From Chthoniobacterales bacterium (GTDB lineage: Bacteria; Verrucomicrobiota; Verrucomicrobiia; Chthoniobacterales; UBA6821): a stretch of DNA of 64,000 bases. The position numbers and the translations under genes were made by a program. The DNA is taken from contig JBMOFC010000001.1 of the NCBI GenBank assembly GCA_049314455.1, forward strand, positions 16,301-80,300. Direction: 5' to 3'. The notes beneath the pieces were generated by a model. The model did not search any database and had not been told where the DNA came from. It saw only the letters and a list, made by a program, of their open reading frames with translations. This document shows, piece by piece, positions 19,019-30,100 of this stretch; within the stretch, counting starts at the first letter, position 1; the number at the start of each line of letters is the position of its first letter.

Positions 19019-19137
19019 CGTCAAAGATATTATTGGTCGATTAGTATCACTTGATGTTTTATTTTCAACACTGATCATCACAACGATAGTTCTATGAGTG
19101 TCACACTGACAACCGATAACTGGCAACTGACAACTGA
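18979..19137. repeat. Inverted heptamer arrays (AGTTGTC / GACAACT) between divergent EVE and tmk genes
   Basis: TCAGTTGTCGGTTGTTAGTTGTCAGT at 18979-19004 and ACTGACAACCGATAACTGGCAACTGACAACTGA at 19105-19137. Confidence 0.8.
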
Positions 19138-19801
19138 CCTTGCGCAACGAGGCCCAAAAGCTCCTTTGTTTATTACTTTCGAAGGTTCTGAGGGTTGTGG
19201 TAAGTCAACTCAAATTGCTTCTCTTGAAAAATACTTGCGTCAAAAACATAATGAGCGCGAAGTAGTCGTGCTTCGTGAGCCAGGTGGAACTTCTTTTGGA
19301 GAAAAGATTCGACATCTCTTGAAGCATGAAGATCCTGGAGTTTCTATTACAGCCGAAGCGGAATTGCTGCTCTTTGCAGCGAGTCGTGCACAGCTTGTTC
19401 GTGAAATTATTCGTCCAGCCTTACAGCGAGGTGCCATCGTTCTCTGCGATCGCTTTCTCGATTCCACGATAGCTTATCAAGGAGCAGCGCGAGCCTTAAA
19501 TTTGGAAGATGTGACCATGATCAATCGCTTTGCTACAGGAGGGTTGCTTCCCGATGTGACTATTTTACTGGATCTTGAGGTGGCTGTGGGACGAGCTCGT
19601 ATGCTGGAGCGTAATAAAAAATCCACGACTCTTGACCGCATGGAGCAAGAGCCAGAGGCTTTCTATGAAGCGGTGCGGCATAGCTATTTAAAATTAGCCG
19701 CTACTGAACCAGAACGTTGGAGTGTCATTGATGCTTCTCAAAGATCGGCACAAGTTACTCAACAAATTATTCTTCAACTGGGGAAAAAATGGAGCATTTA
19801 A
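19094..19801 (+). CDS. tmk: Thymidylate kinase
   Basis: FITFEGSEGCGKSTQ, REPGGT, LLFAASRAQ, DRFLDST. True start may be TTG 19166. Confidence 0.97.
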   Translation: MSVTLTTDNWQLTTDLAQRGPKAPLFITFEGSEGCGKSTQIASLEKYLRQKHNEREVVVLREPGGTSFGEKIRHLLKHEDPGVSITAEAELLLFAASRAQLVREIIRPALQRGAIVLCDRFLDSTIAYQGAARALNLEDVTMINRFATGGLLPDVTILLDLEVAVGRARMLERNKKSTTLDRMEQEPEAFYEAVRHSYLKLAATEPERWSVIDASQRSAQVTQQIILQLGKKWSI

Positions 19802-19981
19802 CCCGGATATTTCATACTGATCTACTGCGGAGACCGGGAAGACAGATGGATGATGCGTTAGACTCACATGTTGACTTGGACAGTATGTATACATACTGTC
19901 CAAGTCAACATGTGAGTCTGCCTTACCCCATCAGCCTTCGCGGCCTCCTCGTTACGATCAGCATGAAATATCCGGGTTAAA
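19797..19981. mobile_element. RPE-like MITE with a perfect 60-bp central palindrome; overlaps the tmk stop
   Basis: TIRs TTTAACCCGGATATTTCAT...ATGAAATATCCGGGTTAAA; perfect palindrome at 19860-19919. Confidence 0.85.
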
Positions 19982-20019
19982 GCAACTAGATTTTTTCCTT
20001 TCGCCTCCAGCTTGTTTTT

Positions 20020-20961
20020 ATGCCTTTTTCTAAACACGAAGCTCTCGCCCTATTACAAAAAGCACTCGAGGAAGACCGACTCGGTCATGCCTATCTCCTG
20101 TGTGGCTCTTCTAAAGAGGAGGTAGGGCTGTTGAGCGAGGAGGTGGCTTCGTTGATTTTGGGGTGTAGTTTATTGCACCTTCAGGAGCATCCTGATTTTC
20201 ATCAGGTGGAGCCAGAGTCTAAGGCTCGAAAAATTCTTACCGATCAGATGCGACAGCTTGAAGAAGCGCTTCATCTCAAGGCCCAAGCCAGCTCTTATAA
20301 AGTTGCGGTGATTCATGATGCTGATCGGATGGTTCCTGCAGCAGCGAATGCTTTTTTAAAAACACTCGAAGAACCTCCTGAGAGAACGGTTCTTTTTTTA
20401 GTAACGCTGTTGCCCGAAGCGATACTTGCGACGATTCGATCTCGTTGTATTACCATCACCTTGCATGAAGCAGATTCCGCTTTCCAAAATGAATATGAGG
20501 AAAAAATAGAAAGAGTGATGGAATATTTTTTTAAAGAAGGAGCGCCTACTGATGCAACAGCTGCTTTTCAACTAACACGTGCTTTTCAAGAATTATTGTC
20601 TACTGCTCGAGAAAAAGCCACAGAAGGGGCTCAAGAGGAATTTCAAGTTGAGAAAAAGCGCTATGGAAAAACAACCGATGGTTCTTGGGAGGATCTTCGC
20701 GAAGAACATTTCAAAGCAACAGCAGAAGCAACAGCTCTAGAATCTCGCTCTTTATTGCTTGTGGGAGTTGAGAACTATTTTGGCATGCGCCTGAGGAATC
20801 TTTATCAGCAAGAAGAAAGTGGGGAACGTCACGAGCGAGGCACCTCTCTCTTGCGAGCACTAGGAATAGTAGAATCCCTACGCCATTCCCTCGAACAAGG
20901 GGTTCAAGAGGCGTTAGCCTTGGAAGCAGGGTTTTTGGAACTGATGGAGGTTGTGAAATAA
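20020..20961 (+). CDS. holB: DNA polymerase III delta' subunit
   Basis: HAYLL, HPDF, ANAFLKTLEEPP, TIRSRC; follows tmk. Confidence 0.93.
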   Translation: MPFSKHEALALLQKALEEDRLGHAYLLCGSSKEEVGLLSEEVASLILGCSLLHLQEHPDFHQVEPESKARKILTDQMRQLEEALHLKAQASSYKVAVIHDADRMVPAAANAFLKTLEEPPERTVLFLVTLLPEAILATIRSRCITITLHEADSAFQNEYEEKIERVMEYFFKEGAPTDATAAFQLTRAFQELLSTAREKATEGAQEEFQVEKKRYGKTTDGSWEDLREEHFKATAEATALESRSLLLVGVENYFGMRLRNLYQQEESGERHERGTSLLRALGIVESLRHSLEQGVQEALALEAGFLELMEVVK

Positions 20962-20972
20962 AAACAATTTTT

Positions 20973-21000
20973 TTGACATGCAGATTTTTTTTTATATCCT
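20973..21000 (+). promoter_or_regulatory. Putative sigma70 promoter of the orphan at 21056
   Basis: TTGACA-16 nt-TATCCT. Confidence 0.45.
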
Positions 21001-21055
21001 TCAGCGCCTTCTTGTTAAGAAGGCTATAATTTAACTATCATCACGCTATCTAACT

Positions 21056-22204
21056 ATGAAATATCTAGTCCCCCCTCCATTCCTTTTTGCCTCTTTTAAC
21101 TCTTGCAAGATGAAATACCTTTTTATTTCCTTGTCTGTTTTCGTGTTATCTTTTTCTAATGGCTATTGTGAGCTTACATCAGATCAGGCAAGATATATTA
21201 TTGGAAACTGTGGAGAAGATAGATTGATTTCAGTTTCCCTAAGGAAGAATAAGAATATTCTGAAAGAAGTTCATTTGGACGATGGCTCATCGATAGAGGT
21301 TAGTAGTGCTGAGGGATTTTTTAAAATGAATAAAATTTTCCCCATTGGAGGGGAAAACTATTCGGGTTTAGAGGATAGAAACATTCCAACGTCATCTGCT
21401 TCAGCAAGAATTTCTAATATCGACGGTACATATTCCGGTGGATTTTCAGATTGTGTCATAGAATTAAGTGGTGATGCTCGGATGGGTGGGGAAACAAAAG
21501 TTTATAATGGTAATGGATTCATAAATATTGATGAATATCATATACGATTCCCATCACCCTTTCTCCCTGGAGTAGGTGGTAGTTCAGCAGACATTGTGGG
21601 TAATGGAGTCGCCTATGCTGCGCGTATAATGGGATATGAAGCGAGAGATAGTGGAAGGCTAGATACTTCAAAACTAAAATTAGTCACAGGAATATTTGTT
21701 TGGGGGGATCCAGATCATCGTCCACGAAATTTATCTCTCCCATTAAACAAAGAAGATGATAGTAGCTGGGTAGGTGAATTTTTAGCGTTGCCTGAAGGGA
21801 AAGAAGTTGTATCCATTATTTATTTTGATCTCACAGAATTAGTAGTGCTTTGTGGAGATGGTTCGTTATGCTTCTGGAGCATTAATAAAGAAGGATCTTG
21901 GGATCGTGGAGTTATACCGATTGAAACTCATGGAAGAAAAATCGTCGCTATTAATAGCTGGCAGCCTGAAGGCTGGCATTACGGTATTGATGAATTGATG
22001 TTTGGGTTGCACATTACCTTTGACAACAAAGAAGAGGAGGATTGGACTCATGTGCGTACGATCTCACTTGGCGATTCTTTTCCCCATTATAAGATTACTA
22101 TTGATTCAAATGAGGGTTGGAAAAAACAAAAGCCGAAACCATTTCCTCTGGTGCAGGTATCTTATGAGGGCCTTCTGATAGATAGTGATGGCATGCTATA
22201 TTAA
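21056..22204 (+). CDS. Orphan secreted protein
   Basis: 382-aa ORF; signal-peptide-like segment from the second Met (21110, MKYLFISLSVFVLSFSNGYC); AT-rich. Confidence 0.65.
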   Translation: MKYLVPPPFLFASFNSCKMKYLFISLSVFVLSFSNGYCELTSDQARYIIGNCGEDRLISVSLRKNKNILKEVHLDDGSSIEVSSAEGFFKMNKIFPIGGENYSGLEDRNIPTSSASARISNIDGTYSGGFSDCVIELSGDARMGGETKVYNGNGFINIDEYHIRFPSPFLPGVGGSSADIVGNGVAYAARIMGYEARDSGRLDTSKLKLVTGIFVWGDPDHRPRNLSLPLNKEDDSSWVGEFLALPEGKEVVSIIYFDLTELVVLCGDGSLCFWSINKEGSWDRGVIPIETHGRKIVAINSWQPEGWHYGIDELMFGLHITFDNKEEEDWTHVRTISLGDSFPHYKITIDSNEGWKKQKPKPFPLVQVSYEGLLIDSDGMLY

Positions 22205-22308
22205 AAGATCATTATCATTTTCCTCTTAAGGATGCTGGGACTCGAGCGTTAGCAGGAGAGGGTGACATTGACATATAGAGTATTCTAAAAAATCTTTTTT
22301 CCATCTCC

Positions 22309-23118
22309 ATGTCAGCCCTCCTTCAGCCTCTAGCCTCTAGCCTCCAGCCTACTTCCCCTGTTGTTCTCAAATTTGGTACCGGTATTTTAGCGGAACCGGG
22401 TGGTTGCGCTATTGACCTGGTGCAGGTGCGGCGTTTTGCCAAAGAAATCAGCAGATTTATCAAGCAGGGAACCCCCTGTATTCTGGTCAGCAGTGCAGCG
22501 ATTGCTGCAGGAGTTCATGCATTGCGATTAAGTAAACGTCCAGCCGATACGGCTGGGAAGCAGGCTTGTGCCGCCGTAGGGCAACCTGCACTCATGGCCG
22601 CCTATGCACACTGTTTCGCACGTCATGGAATCACGACAGCTCAGTTGCTCTTAACGCATGAAGATATTTTTACCAAGAAGCGCCGTGCTAATGCTCAAGA
22701 GACCTTGAAGCGCCTCCTTTCCTCTCCCCATGTGCTTCCCATCATTAATGAAAATGATTCTGTAGCGACCGAAGAACTCAATCTAGGAGATAATGACCAA
22801 CTCTCTGCCGAAGTGGCCATCATGATGAGGGCACGGCTGTTGATACTACTCACCACCTCTGATGGACTGATGGCACGAGCAGGAGCTGCGCCAACACGGA
22901 TTTCAAGAGTGACGAATATACAAGAAGTTTTGTGTCATGTAACTCCAGAAAAGGGAGAACATGCTCGTGGTGGAATGATCAGTAAGCTCAAGGCGGTTGA
23001 AATAGCTATGGCTGCAGGAATTGAAACCATTATTGCCGATGGGCGTCGGCCTCAGCAGATGGAGAGAGCTCTTGCAGGGAAAGATGTGGGAACACGATTT
23101 CTAGTTTCACAACAATGA
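22309..23118 (+). CDS. proB: Glutamate 5-kinase (no PUA domain)
   Basis: VVLKFGT, LVSSAAIAAG, AAVGQ, PIINENDSV, GDNDQLSA, GGMISKL. Confidence 0.95.
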   Translation: MSALLQPLASSLQPTSPVVLKFGTGILAEPGGCAIDLVQVRRFAKEISRFIKQGTPCILVSSAAIAAGVHALRLSKRPADTAGKQACAAVGQPALMAAYAHCFARHGITTAQLLLTHEDIFTKKRRANAQETLKRLLSSPHVLPIINENDSVATEELNLGDNDQLSAEVAIMMRARLLILLTTSDGLMARAGAAPTRISRVTNIQEVLCHVTPEKGEHARGGMISKLKAVEIAMAAGIETIIADGRRPQQMERALAGKDVGTRFLVSQQ

Positions 23119-23912
23119 AAGGAGTGGAGTTCTCTTTCAAACGGCTCGGCATTCTTGCTACGATGACGTTTCGAGAATTGCTTCATCAAAAAGTAAGTGC
23201 TCTTTTTGCGCTCCTTTTTTTTCTTTTTTTAGCAGTGGGATCGCTCTTAGTAGCTGTTTCATTTCAAGAGAAAACTCTTTTATTTCAAGAGATGTTTCTG
23301 AGTCTATTTTCCCTTTTTTTAAATCTTTTGGCAATCGTGGCATCAGCACCACTACTCACGTTCAGCGGAGAAGAAGTGATGATTCTTGCAAGAGCAGTTC
23401 CACGTTTTGAATATTTTCTTGGGAAATTATTAGGTGTTCTTCTTTTACTCTTCATGGCGAGCAGCTACTTTGGTGTCATATCTCTTCTTTCTCAAAGCTT
23501 CTGGAGCATCATCTTGGTGGGACCTCTTTTTTTTATAGCACTCTTGGGAGCCTTTATGAAAGCCGCTCTCCTAGCAGCGATGACCTTGTTGATTTCTACG
23601 ATAGCCAGCTCTTCCCTTTTTGCGATTGTTGCTTCTCTCGCTTTCTATGTGATGGGACATATTGAAGCCGCTGCTCAACAACTTTGTACACGGCTTGCAC
23701 TCGTTCATGGTTGGACCGAGCATGTGCTTCAGATGCTCCTCTACCTCGTTCCTGATTTGTCTCTTTTTAATATGAGTGAACATGAAGGAGTCAGCATCAC
23801 GGAATGCATCTCCTATTTTCTAGAGATGATGAAATTGGGTAGTCTCTATTTTGGAATCTACGTTTTCTTAGGCTGTTTTCTTTTTGAGCGAAGAGAGAGC
23901 GCTAACGCATGA
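23115..23912 (+). CDS. ABC-2 type transporter permease
   Basis: TFRELL, VPRFEYFLGKLLG; about 6 TM; ends FERRE. Confidence 0.8.
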   Translation: MKGVEFSFKRLGILATMTFRELLHQKVSALFALLFFLFLAVGSLLVAVSFQEKTLLFQEMFLSLFSLFLNLLAIVASAPLLTFSGEEVMILARAVPRFEYFLGKLLGVLLLLFMASSYFGVISLLSQSFWSIILVGPLFFIALLGAFMKAALLAAMTLLISTIASSSLFAIVASLAFYVMGHIEAAAQQLCTRLALVHGWTEHVLQMLLYLVPDLSLFNMSEHEGVSITECISYFLEMMKLGSLYFGIYVFLGCFLFERRESANA

Positions 23913-24598
23913 AATATTTTTTCTTCGTTTTTTTTTCATTGTTAGTCGCAGGAATGTTCTCTGCTTCCTACGAAGAAAAATTGAGAGAAAAAAATCAGAT
24001 TTTCTTATGGAAGCCAGAAACAGCCTCTTTATTGGGAGAATCAGGTTGTATAGCTCTTCTTGGAGGTTTGCGTGCGCCTTTAGCCGCCTGGTTGTGGTTG
24101 AAGGTAGAGGCTTGCTGGGAAGAACAAGGCTGGAAGCAAATGGAGCCGTTGTTAGAGCTGATTTTGCAATTAGAACCGTATGACATTCCTTGTTATACTA
24201 TGGCTGCTTGGGAGCTAGGCTGGAATGCTAGCAGTGCGGCTCATGATGAGGGTGAGGCTCGGTTTTATATCAACGCCGGCCAAAGGGTGTTAGAACAAGG
24301 AATCGCAAAGAATCCAGAAAGTTCGCTGCTCTATGAATATTTAGGAGTGCTCTTGCGCGATCGTCTTCACGATCATGAAGCAGCCGCAGCTGCTTTTGCT
24401 AAGGGAGCCAACTTGCCAGGAGCTCATTCTTACTTGAGACGTTTCGTGGTTTATGAGTTAGCTGCTTCTGGAAAACATGATCAGGAGGCCTATGAACAAC
24501 TTCAGGAACTTTATGAAGAGGGCCACTCAGAATGGGTGCCGGCATTGTTGGATTTAAAAGAAAAGTTAGAAAACAAGACACAGGGATGGAGAAAATAA
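23909..24598 (+). CDS. Conserved TPR-like hypothetical protein coupled to the permease
   Basis: ALLGGLRAPLAAWLWL, LQLEP, WELGWNAS, LEQGIAKNPES; ATGA overlap with the permease. Confidence 0.7.
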   Translation: MKYFFFVFFSLLVAGMFSASYEEKLREKNQIFLWKPETASLLGESGCIALLGGLRAPLAAWLWLKVEACWEEQGWKQMEPLLELILQLEPYDIPCYTMAAWELGWNASSAAHDEGEARFYINAGQRVLEQGIAKNPESSLLYEYLGVLLRDRLHDHEAAAAAFAKGANLPGAHSYLRRFVVYELAASGKHDQEAYEQLQELYEEGHSEWVPALLDLKEKLENKTQGWRK

Positions 24599-24697
24599 TG
24601 CACAAGGATAAAAGAGAAAAAAGAAAGTTAATTTTCTTCTGTTGTTATCTTTTCATCTCATAACTGCCAACGTACTGTTAGCAGTTGTTTCATCCCT

Positions 24698-25681
24698 GTG
24701 AATTTTTTACTTCATCCACCACGTCGTATTCTCTTAATCAAGCCTAGTTCGATGGGGGATGTTATTCATGCCTTGCCGGTTGCAGCGGCACTGCATCAAG
24801 CGTGGCCCAAGGCAGAAATTTGCTGGCTCATTCACCCCGCGTTCCAAGATCTTGTGGAGCATCATCCTGCTGTTGCAAAAATCATTCTTTTTCCACGAGA
24901 GGAATTTCGAGGAGTCATGGGTGGCGTGCGTGCACTCTCATGGGCGCGCACGTTATGTGATTGGAAGCCTGATCTTGCCATCGATTTGCAAGGGCTCTTG
25001 CGAAGTGCCTTGATGGCGCGCGCTTCGGGGGCTCGTTATCGTATTGGACTGAGTGATGCTCGTGAGGGGGCTGGGTTTTGTTATTCAAACATTGCAAAGG
25101 TTGATCGAACTAGTCATGCCGTGACGCGCTACATGCAGGTTTTAAAAACACTAGGAATTTCATACCGTGAGCCGCAATTTGATCTTCCCAAGGGAAGCAT
25201 TCCTCCCGGGTTTTCACTCACCACTCCCTTTGTGGTGATTCATCCCTATGCGCGTGGTGAAGGAAAAAACCTCACTCAGGAACAAGTGCTCGCTTTTGCA
25301 GAGACCTTACATTCTTTTCCTGTTGTGCTTGTCGGGCAGGGCGAAAAAATGGAATGCCTTCCTGACAACGTTCTTGATTGGAGTGGGCGAACGAGCATGT
25401 TAGAACTTATTGGTCTCTTGCGTCAGGCTTCTTTTGTGGTAAGTTCTGACAGCGGACCAATGCATCTTGCAGCGGCATTACAACCAGAGCGGCTTATTGC
25501 GATTCACCGCTGGAGTGATCCTTTGCGTGTTGGACCATGGCCTCAAGCCGCTTTTGTTTGGAAAAATGGAAAACTGAAGTCCCATGGTCAACTTACCGAG
25601 GAGGCCCGATCTCCAGGTAGAACTCCCACGTTGGAAGAAATGAGAGCGCTTGGGACCTCTGTTTTGAAAAAACTAAAATAA
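24698..25681 (+). CDS. LPS heptosyltransferase (GT9, WaaC/WaaF-like)
   Basis: ILLIKPSSMGDVIHALP, DLQGLLRS, DSGPMHLAAA. Confidence 0.92.
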   Translation: MNFLLHPPRRILLIKPSSMGDVIHALPVAAALHQAWPKAEICWLIHPAFQDLVEHHPAVAKIILFPREEFRGVMGGVRALSWARTLCDWKPDLAIDLQGLLRSALMARASGARYRIGLSDAREGAGFCYSNIAKVDRTSHAVTRYMQVLKTLGISYREPQFDLPKGSIPPGFSLTTPFVVIHPYARGEGKNLTQEQVLAFAETLHSFPVVLVGQGEKMECLPDNVLDWSGRTSMLELIGLLRQASFVVSSDSGPMHLAAALQPERLIAIHRWSDPLRVGPWPQAAFVWKNGKLKSHGQLTEEARSPGRTPTLEEMRALGTSVLKKLK

Positions 25682-25682
25682 C

Positions 25683-26852
25683 ATGAATTTTTCTCATCAA
25701 CTGGCTCGTGATCTTGAGGATCCCTCAGCTTCTTTGCGTTCTTTTCAAAAGCTTCTAGAGCCATGTGATGATACTCTCCTAGAAAAACGGGCCCGTTCTT
25801 CTGCCGCTATCACGCGGCGTTTTTTTGGACGAACGATGCGGCTTTTTGCACCGCTTTATTTGTCCAATGAATGCATTAATTCGTGTGCTTATTGTGGGTT
25901 TTCACGAGATAATCCCATTTTGCGCGTAACGCTGGATGTTGAACAAATGGCTGCGGAAGCTTTCTATTTAGCACAGCAAGGTTTTCGTTCAGTGTTGCTC
26001 GTGGCGGGAGAGCATCCCAAATTTATTTCTAATGGTTATTTGGAACGTTGTGTGGAGCGGCTTGTGCCACTCTTTCCCTCCATTTTATTGGAAGTAGCCC
26101 CGATGGAACAAAAAGAATACCAGCAGCTCATCAAAGCGGGTGCTGAGGGAATTCTTGTTTATCAAGAGACCTACAACTCTACCGTTTATCGTGAGCTTCA
26201 TACAGCTGGTCCTAAAAAGGATTTTAACTGGCGTCTCGATTCTTTACAACGAGCCTACTTGGCTGGATTTCGACGTTTGGGATTGGGCGTTCTTTTTGGT
26301 TTGGCGGATTGGCGCCAGGAAGCAATGGCGCTAGCAGCGCATCTTTTTTTTCTTCAGCGTCATTGTTGGAAAGCACAACTCTCCGTGAGTCTCTTACGCC
26401 TGCGTCCTGCTGCTGGAAATTTTGAACCTCGTATTTTTTTTAGTGATCGTGATCTAGCGCAGCTTCTTTTTGCACTAAGGATGACTTTTCCTATGATTCA
26501 ATTGGTGATGAGCACGCGAGAAGAAGCCGCCTTTCGTGATTCTATGGCTCCTTTGGGAGTCACGATGATGAGTGCTGGAAGTCATACAGAACCGGGTGGC
26601 TATACAGGTCAAGGGAGTGAGGAATTGCATTATACGATTCAAGGAAAAAAAATAGAACAATCTTGCAATGCTAAAAATGCCACGAAGCAATTTGAGATTT
26701 CTGATGATCGTTCTCCCGCGGCAGTTGCAGGGATGCTGTCATCACTAGGACTCGAGCCAGTCTGGAAAGATTGGGATGCTGGAATTTTGGGAGAGCACTT
26801 AACAGGGATAGAAGCCATAGAAGAAATAGCAAACAAGAAATGTAATGTATGA
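25683..26852 (+). CDS. thiH: 2-iminoacetate synthase (radical SAM)
   Basis: LFAPLYLSNECINSCAYCGF, YQETY, STRE, SAGSHTEPGGY, QFEISDDRS, VWKDWD. Confidence 0.96.
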   Translation: MNFSHQLARDLEDPSASLRSFQKLLEPCDDTLLEKRARSSAAITRRFFGRTMRLFAPLYLSNECINSCAYCGFSRDNPILRVTLDVEQMAAEAFYLAQQGFRSVLLVAGEHPKFISNGYLERCVERLVPLFPSILLEVAPMEQKEYQQLIKAGAEGILVYQETYNSTVYRELHTAGPKKDFNWRLDSLQRAYLAGFRRLGLGVLFGLADWRQEAMALAAHLFFLQRHCWKAQLSVSLLRLRPAAGNFEPRIFFSDRDLAQLLFALRMTFPMIQLVMSTREEAAFRDSMAPLGVTMMSAGSHTEPGGYTGQGSEELHYTIQGKKIEQSCNAKNATKQFEISDDRSPAAVAGMLSSLGLEPVWKDWDAGILGEHLTGIEAIEEIANKKCNV

Positions 26853-27049
26853 AAAAGATTCAACTCAATGGCGAAGAACGTCAGGTAGTCGCAAACTCTC
26901 TTGTGGAATTACTTCAAGAGCTGAAGCTCCCTTTATCCACAGTCTTAGTGGAACAGAATGGAGTGGCTTTGCTACGACATGAATTAGAAAAAGCTCCGCT
27001 GAATGAAGGAGATCGTCTTGAGGTTTTAAAAGTTGTTGCGGGCGGGTAA
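26849..27049 (+). CDS. thiS: Sulfur carrier protein
   Basis: 66 aa; IQLNGE; ends VAGG; follows thiH. Confidence 0.95.
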   Translation: MKKIQLNGEERQVVANSLVELLQELKLPLSTVLVEQNGVALLRHELEKAPLNEGDRLEVLKVVAGG

Positions 27050-27199
27050 AAAATCCGTAGTGCAAATCTAATAGGCTTTTGAGACGGAAGCTCAAGAAAA
27101 GAAGTTGTTAGGTAAGCTGCTTTACGAGCAGTATGTGATGCGCTCTTTCTCTGCCCCTATATAGAGAAGGAAAAACCAAAAACCAACGCCGTTTTATTT

Positions 27200-30100
27200 A
27201 TGGGGAAAAACCAAGTTTCTCTGCTGCTCTGCGTGCTTATATGCACCTTATTTCTTGCTCGAGCCTCCATCGGGCAAAGTCTCTACGTTGGCACCAATAG
27301 CACGCCGGAGACGAATATTTTCTCCAGTGGAACCACCACGTATGATTCCATCTATATTGGCACCATCAGTACTGCTTCCAATAACAGCCTGCAGATTTCT
27401 AACACTGGAACGACTCTCATAGATACTAATATCAATACTGGGATTTTTATCGGCTACTACGGAAGTGCTAATAATATGACCATTGCTGCTGGAGCTACTC
27501 AACAAAACTACGGTTATGCATGGATTGGTGGAAACTACGCAGATGCTTCTTCTTCGACGGCCTCAAATAATAGTGTTCTGGTGACGGGGAGCAGTTCGAG
27601 CTGGTTCAATGGTCAAGATCTGACCGTGGGTGTTTACGGGGCAGGGAATAGTTTGATTATTTCTAATGGTGGGTCTGTTAATAATAATCATTACGCATGG
27701 GTTGGAGGAAATGCGTATGGGACCAATGGCGACTACAACGGAGATGCTAATTCTGCTACTTCTTCGAACAACAATGTGGTGGTGACTGGCAATGGCTCTC
27801 GCTGGAACATTGGGTATGATTTGACCATTGGTGTTTATGGATCAGGAAATACCATGAATATTTTGGATGGAGCACAGGTAGCTGTGCAAGGAAATGGATG
27901 GATTGGAGGTAATGGGGTTTATCCTAATAGTGATTCTACGAACTCTTCGACTGCTTCTAACAATACAGTTGTCGTTTCAGGAAGTAACTCGCTTTGGAGT
28001 AATGGAGGAGACCTGATTGTGGGGCTCTACGGACCGAATAATAGCCTCATCATTTCCAATGGAGGCGTGGTTCGAGATAATTATGGATGGATTGGAGGAA
28101 ATAGCAGTTATGGGGATCCGCAATCCTCTACCTCTTCTAATAACAGTATTGTTATTACTGGGAATGGTTCAATGTGGAGTAATGGGCAGGACATTTCCAT
28201 AGGTATTTATGGAGGGGGAAATACAGTCACGATTTCTGATGGAGGTCAACTTCAAGATGTGAATGGATGGATTGGAGGAGGATGGACGAACAACGGTATC
28301 ACTTCTTCTAATAACTCCGTATTGGTAACGGGCAGTAATTCCATTTGGAACAATGCTGGCATGCTTACGATTGGAAGCTATACGGCAGGAAATAGTCTAG
28401 TGATTTCTAATGGAGGAGCAGTGATCGTCAGTGGAGATGGGGTCATTGGTGGGAATGAAAACGACACGAATAATAATCTTTCCTCCACTGCTGCAAGTAA
28501 CAGCGTTCTGGTCACAGGATCCAATTCTTCTTGGAACATTCAAGGAAGTTTGATCGTAGGGGCTTATGGGGCCGGCAATACGATGACCATTGCTGATGGG
28601 GGTCAAGTTACCAATCAATATGGAAGGGCTTGGATTGGAGGAGAAGTTTATGGAGTTAGCAATCCTGCTTCTGTTACCTCTTCCAATAATTCCGTAGTCG
28701 TGACTGGAAGTAATTCTACTTGGTACGCCGGGAGTATTCTAACGATTGGTTGTTATTCTTCAGGTAATAGCCTTATGATTCAAAATGGAGGAACTGTTTT
28801 TAGTACAGCCGATAGTGATGATAATTATCAATCCCCCTGGGGCACCTGGATTGGGGGAAATGCTTTTGGGGATGCTCCTAATTCTTACATGGCTTCCAAC
28901 AATAGTGTGCTTGTGAGCGGCGCTGGTTCGCTTTGGAGTAATGGAGGTGACATCGGTATCGGCGTTTATGGAACAGGGAATACGATGGTTGTTTCCAATG
29001 GAGGTCACGTGATGAATGCCGGCAGTGGTTGGATTGGAGGAGATGGGTACAATGCTAATGATACTTCTTCGACTGCTTCCAACAATAGCGTTCTGGTTAC
29101 AGGATTAGATTCGCTTTGGAGTAATGCTGGGAATCTTACTGTGGGTGTTTATGGAGCTGGGAATAGCTTGGTTATTTCTAGTAATGCACAGGTCTTTAGT
29201 AGTAATGGCGTGATTGGTTTATATGCCACTTCCCTTAGTAATAGTGTGACCGTGAACTCAGGAGGTCTCTGGAGCAACAGTGGTATTCTTTCTATCGGCT
29301 CTAGTTCCAATGCTGGAAGCGGTTCGCTTCTGGTGGATGGTAGCGGAAGTCGCGTCTTGGCTCAATCGATTGCCATTAACAATGGAACGCTTCAAATAGG
29401 CTCCAATGCCGACTCCGCAGCCTTAGGAAATGCTATCATGACTCTCAACAACAGTAGTCAGGTGAGATCCGCAGCCACCTTGAATCTCTTAGCCTCATTT
29501 ACCATGGATACACTGAACTGGGGTTATGGATATGTTGCGCTCTTTTCTTCTAATGCATCCATCTCTACGAGTGGCTCTCTTGCTGTCAATACACTCAATG
29601 TCATTTCAGGGGGCGGGATCTTCGATTTTAGTTATTATTCAGCCTCCGGAACCAACGTGGTTCTGAGTGCTTCCAATGGTATTTCTAATACCTTTCAGGC
29701 ATACAGCTACGGCACGCTTGATACCAATTGGAGTTTTTCGAACAATGGAAATACCTTGGAAGCCATTTTTACTCAAGCAACCTACAGTAGCTCTGACCTC
29801 TACGTGGGGAGCAACACCTCTGGCAATGTTGTCGATTTTTACACTGGCACGAACAGCTACGACAACACCTACGTTGGCTATGCGACCAATGCCTCCAGCA
29901 ATGTGCTCAATGTAGCCAATAGTGGCACGGTTCTCTCTAACAGTGGAAATCTTTATGTTGGTGATGAAGGTAGTGGCAATATCATGTCTATTTTTAATGG
30001 AGGCCAGGTTTTTGATGCACAAGGATCAATCGGTTTTACGAATAGCTCTTCAAGCAATAGCGTCTTTGTCAGCGGAGCAGGCTCGCTTTGGAGTAATAGT

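Noticed and set aside
24600-27200. TPP riboswitch for thiH-thiS
   Set aside because: No convincing TPP aptamer is seen, and thiH starts 1 bp after the heptosyltransferase stop.
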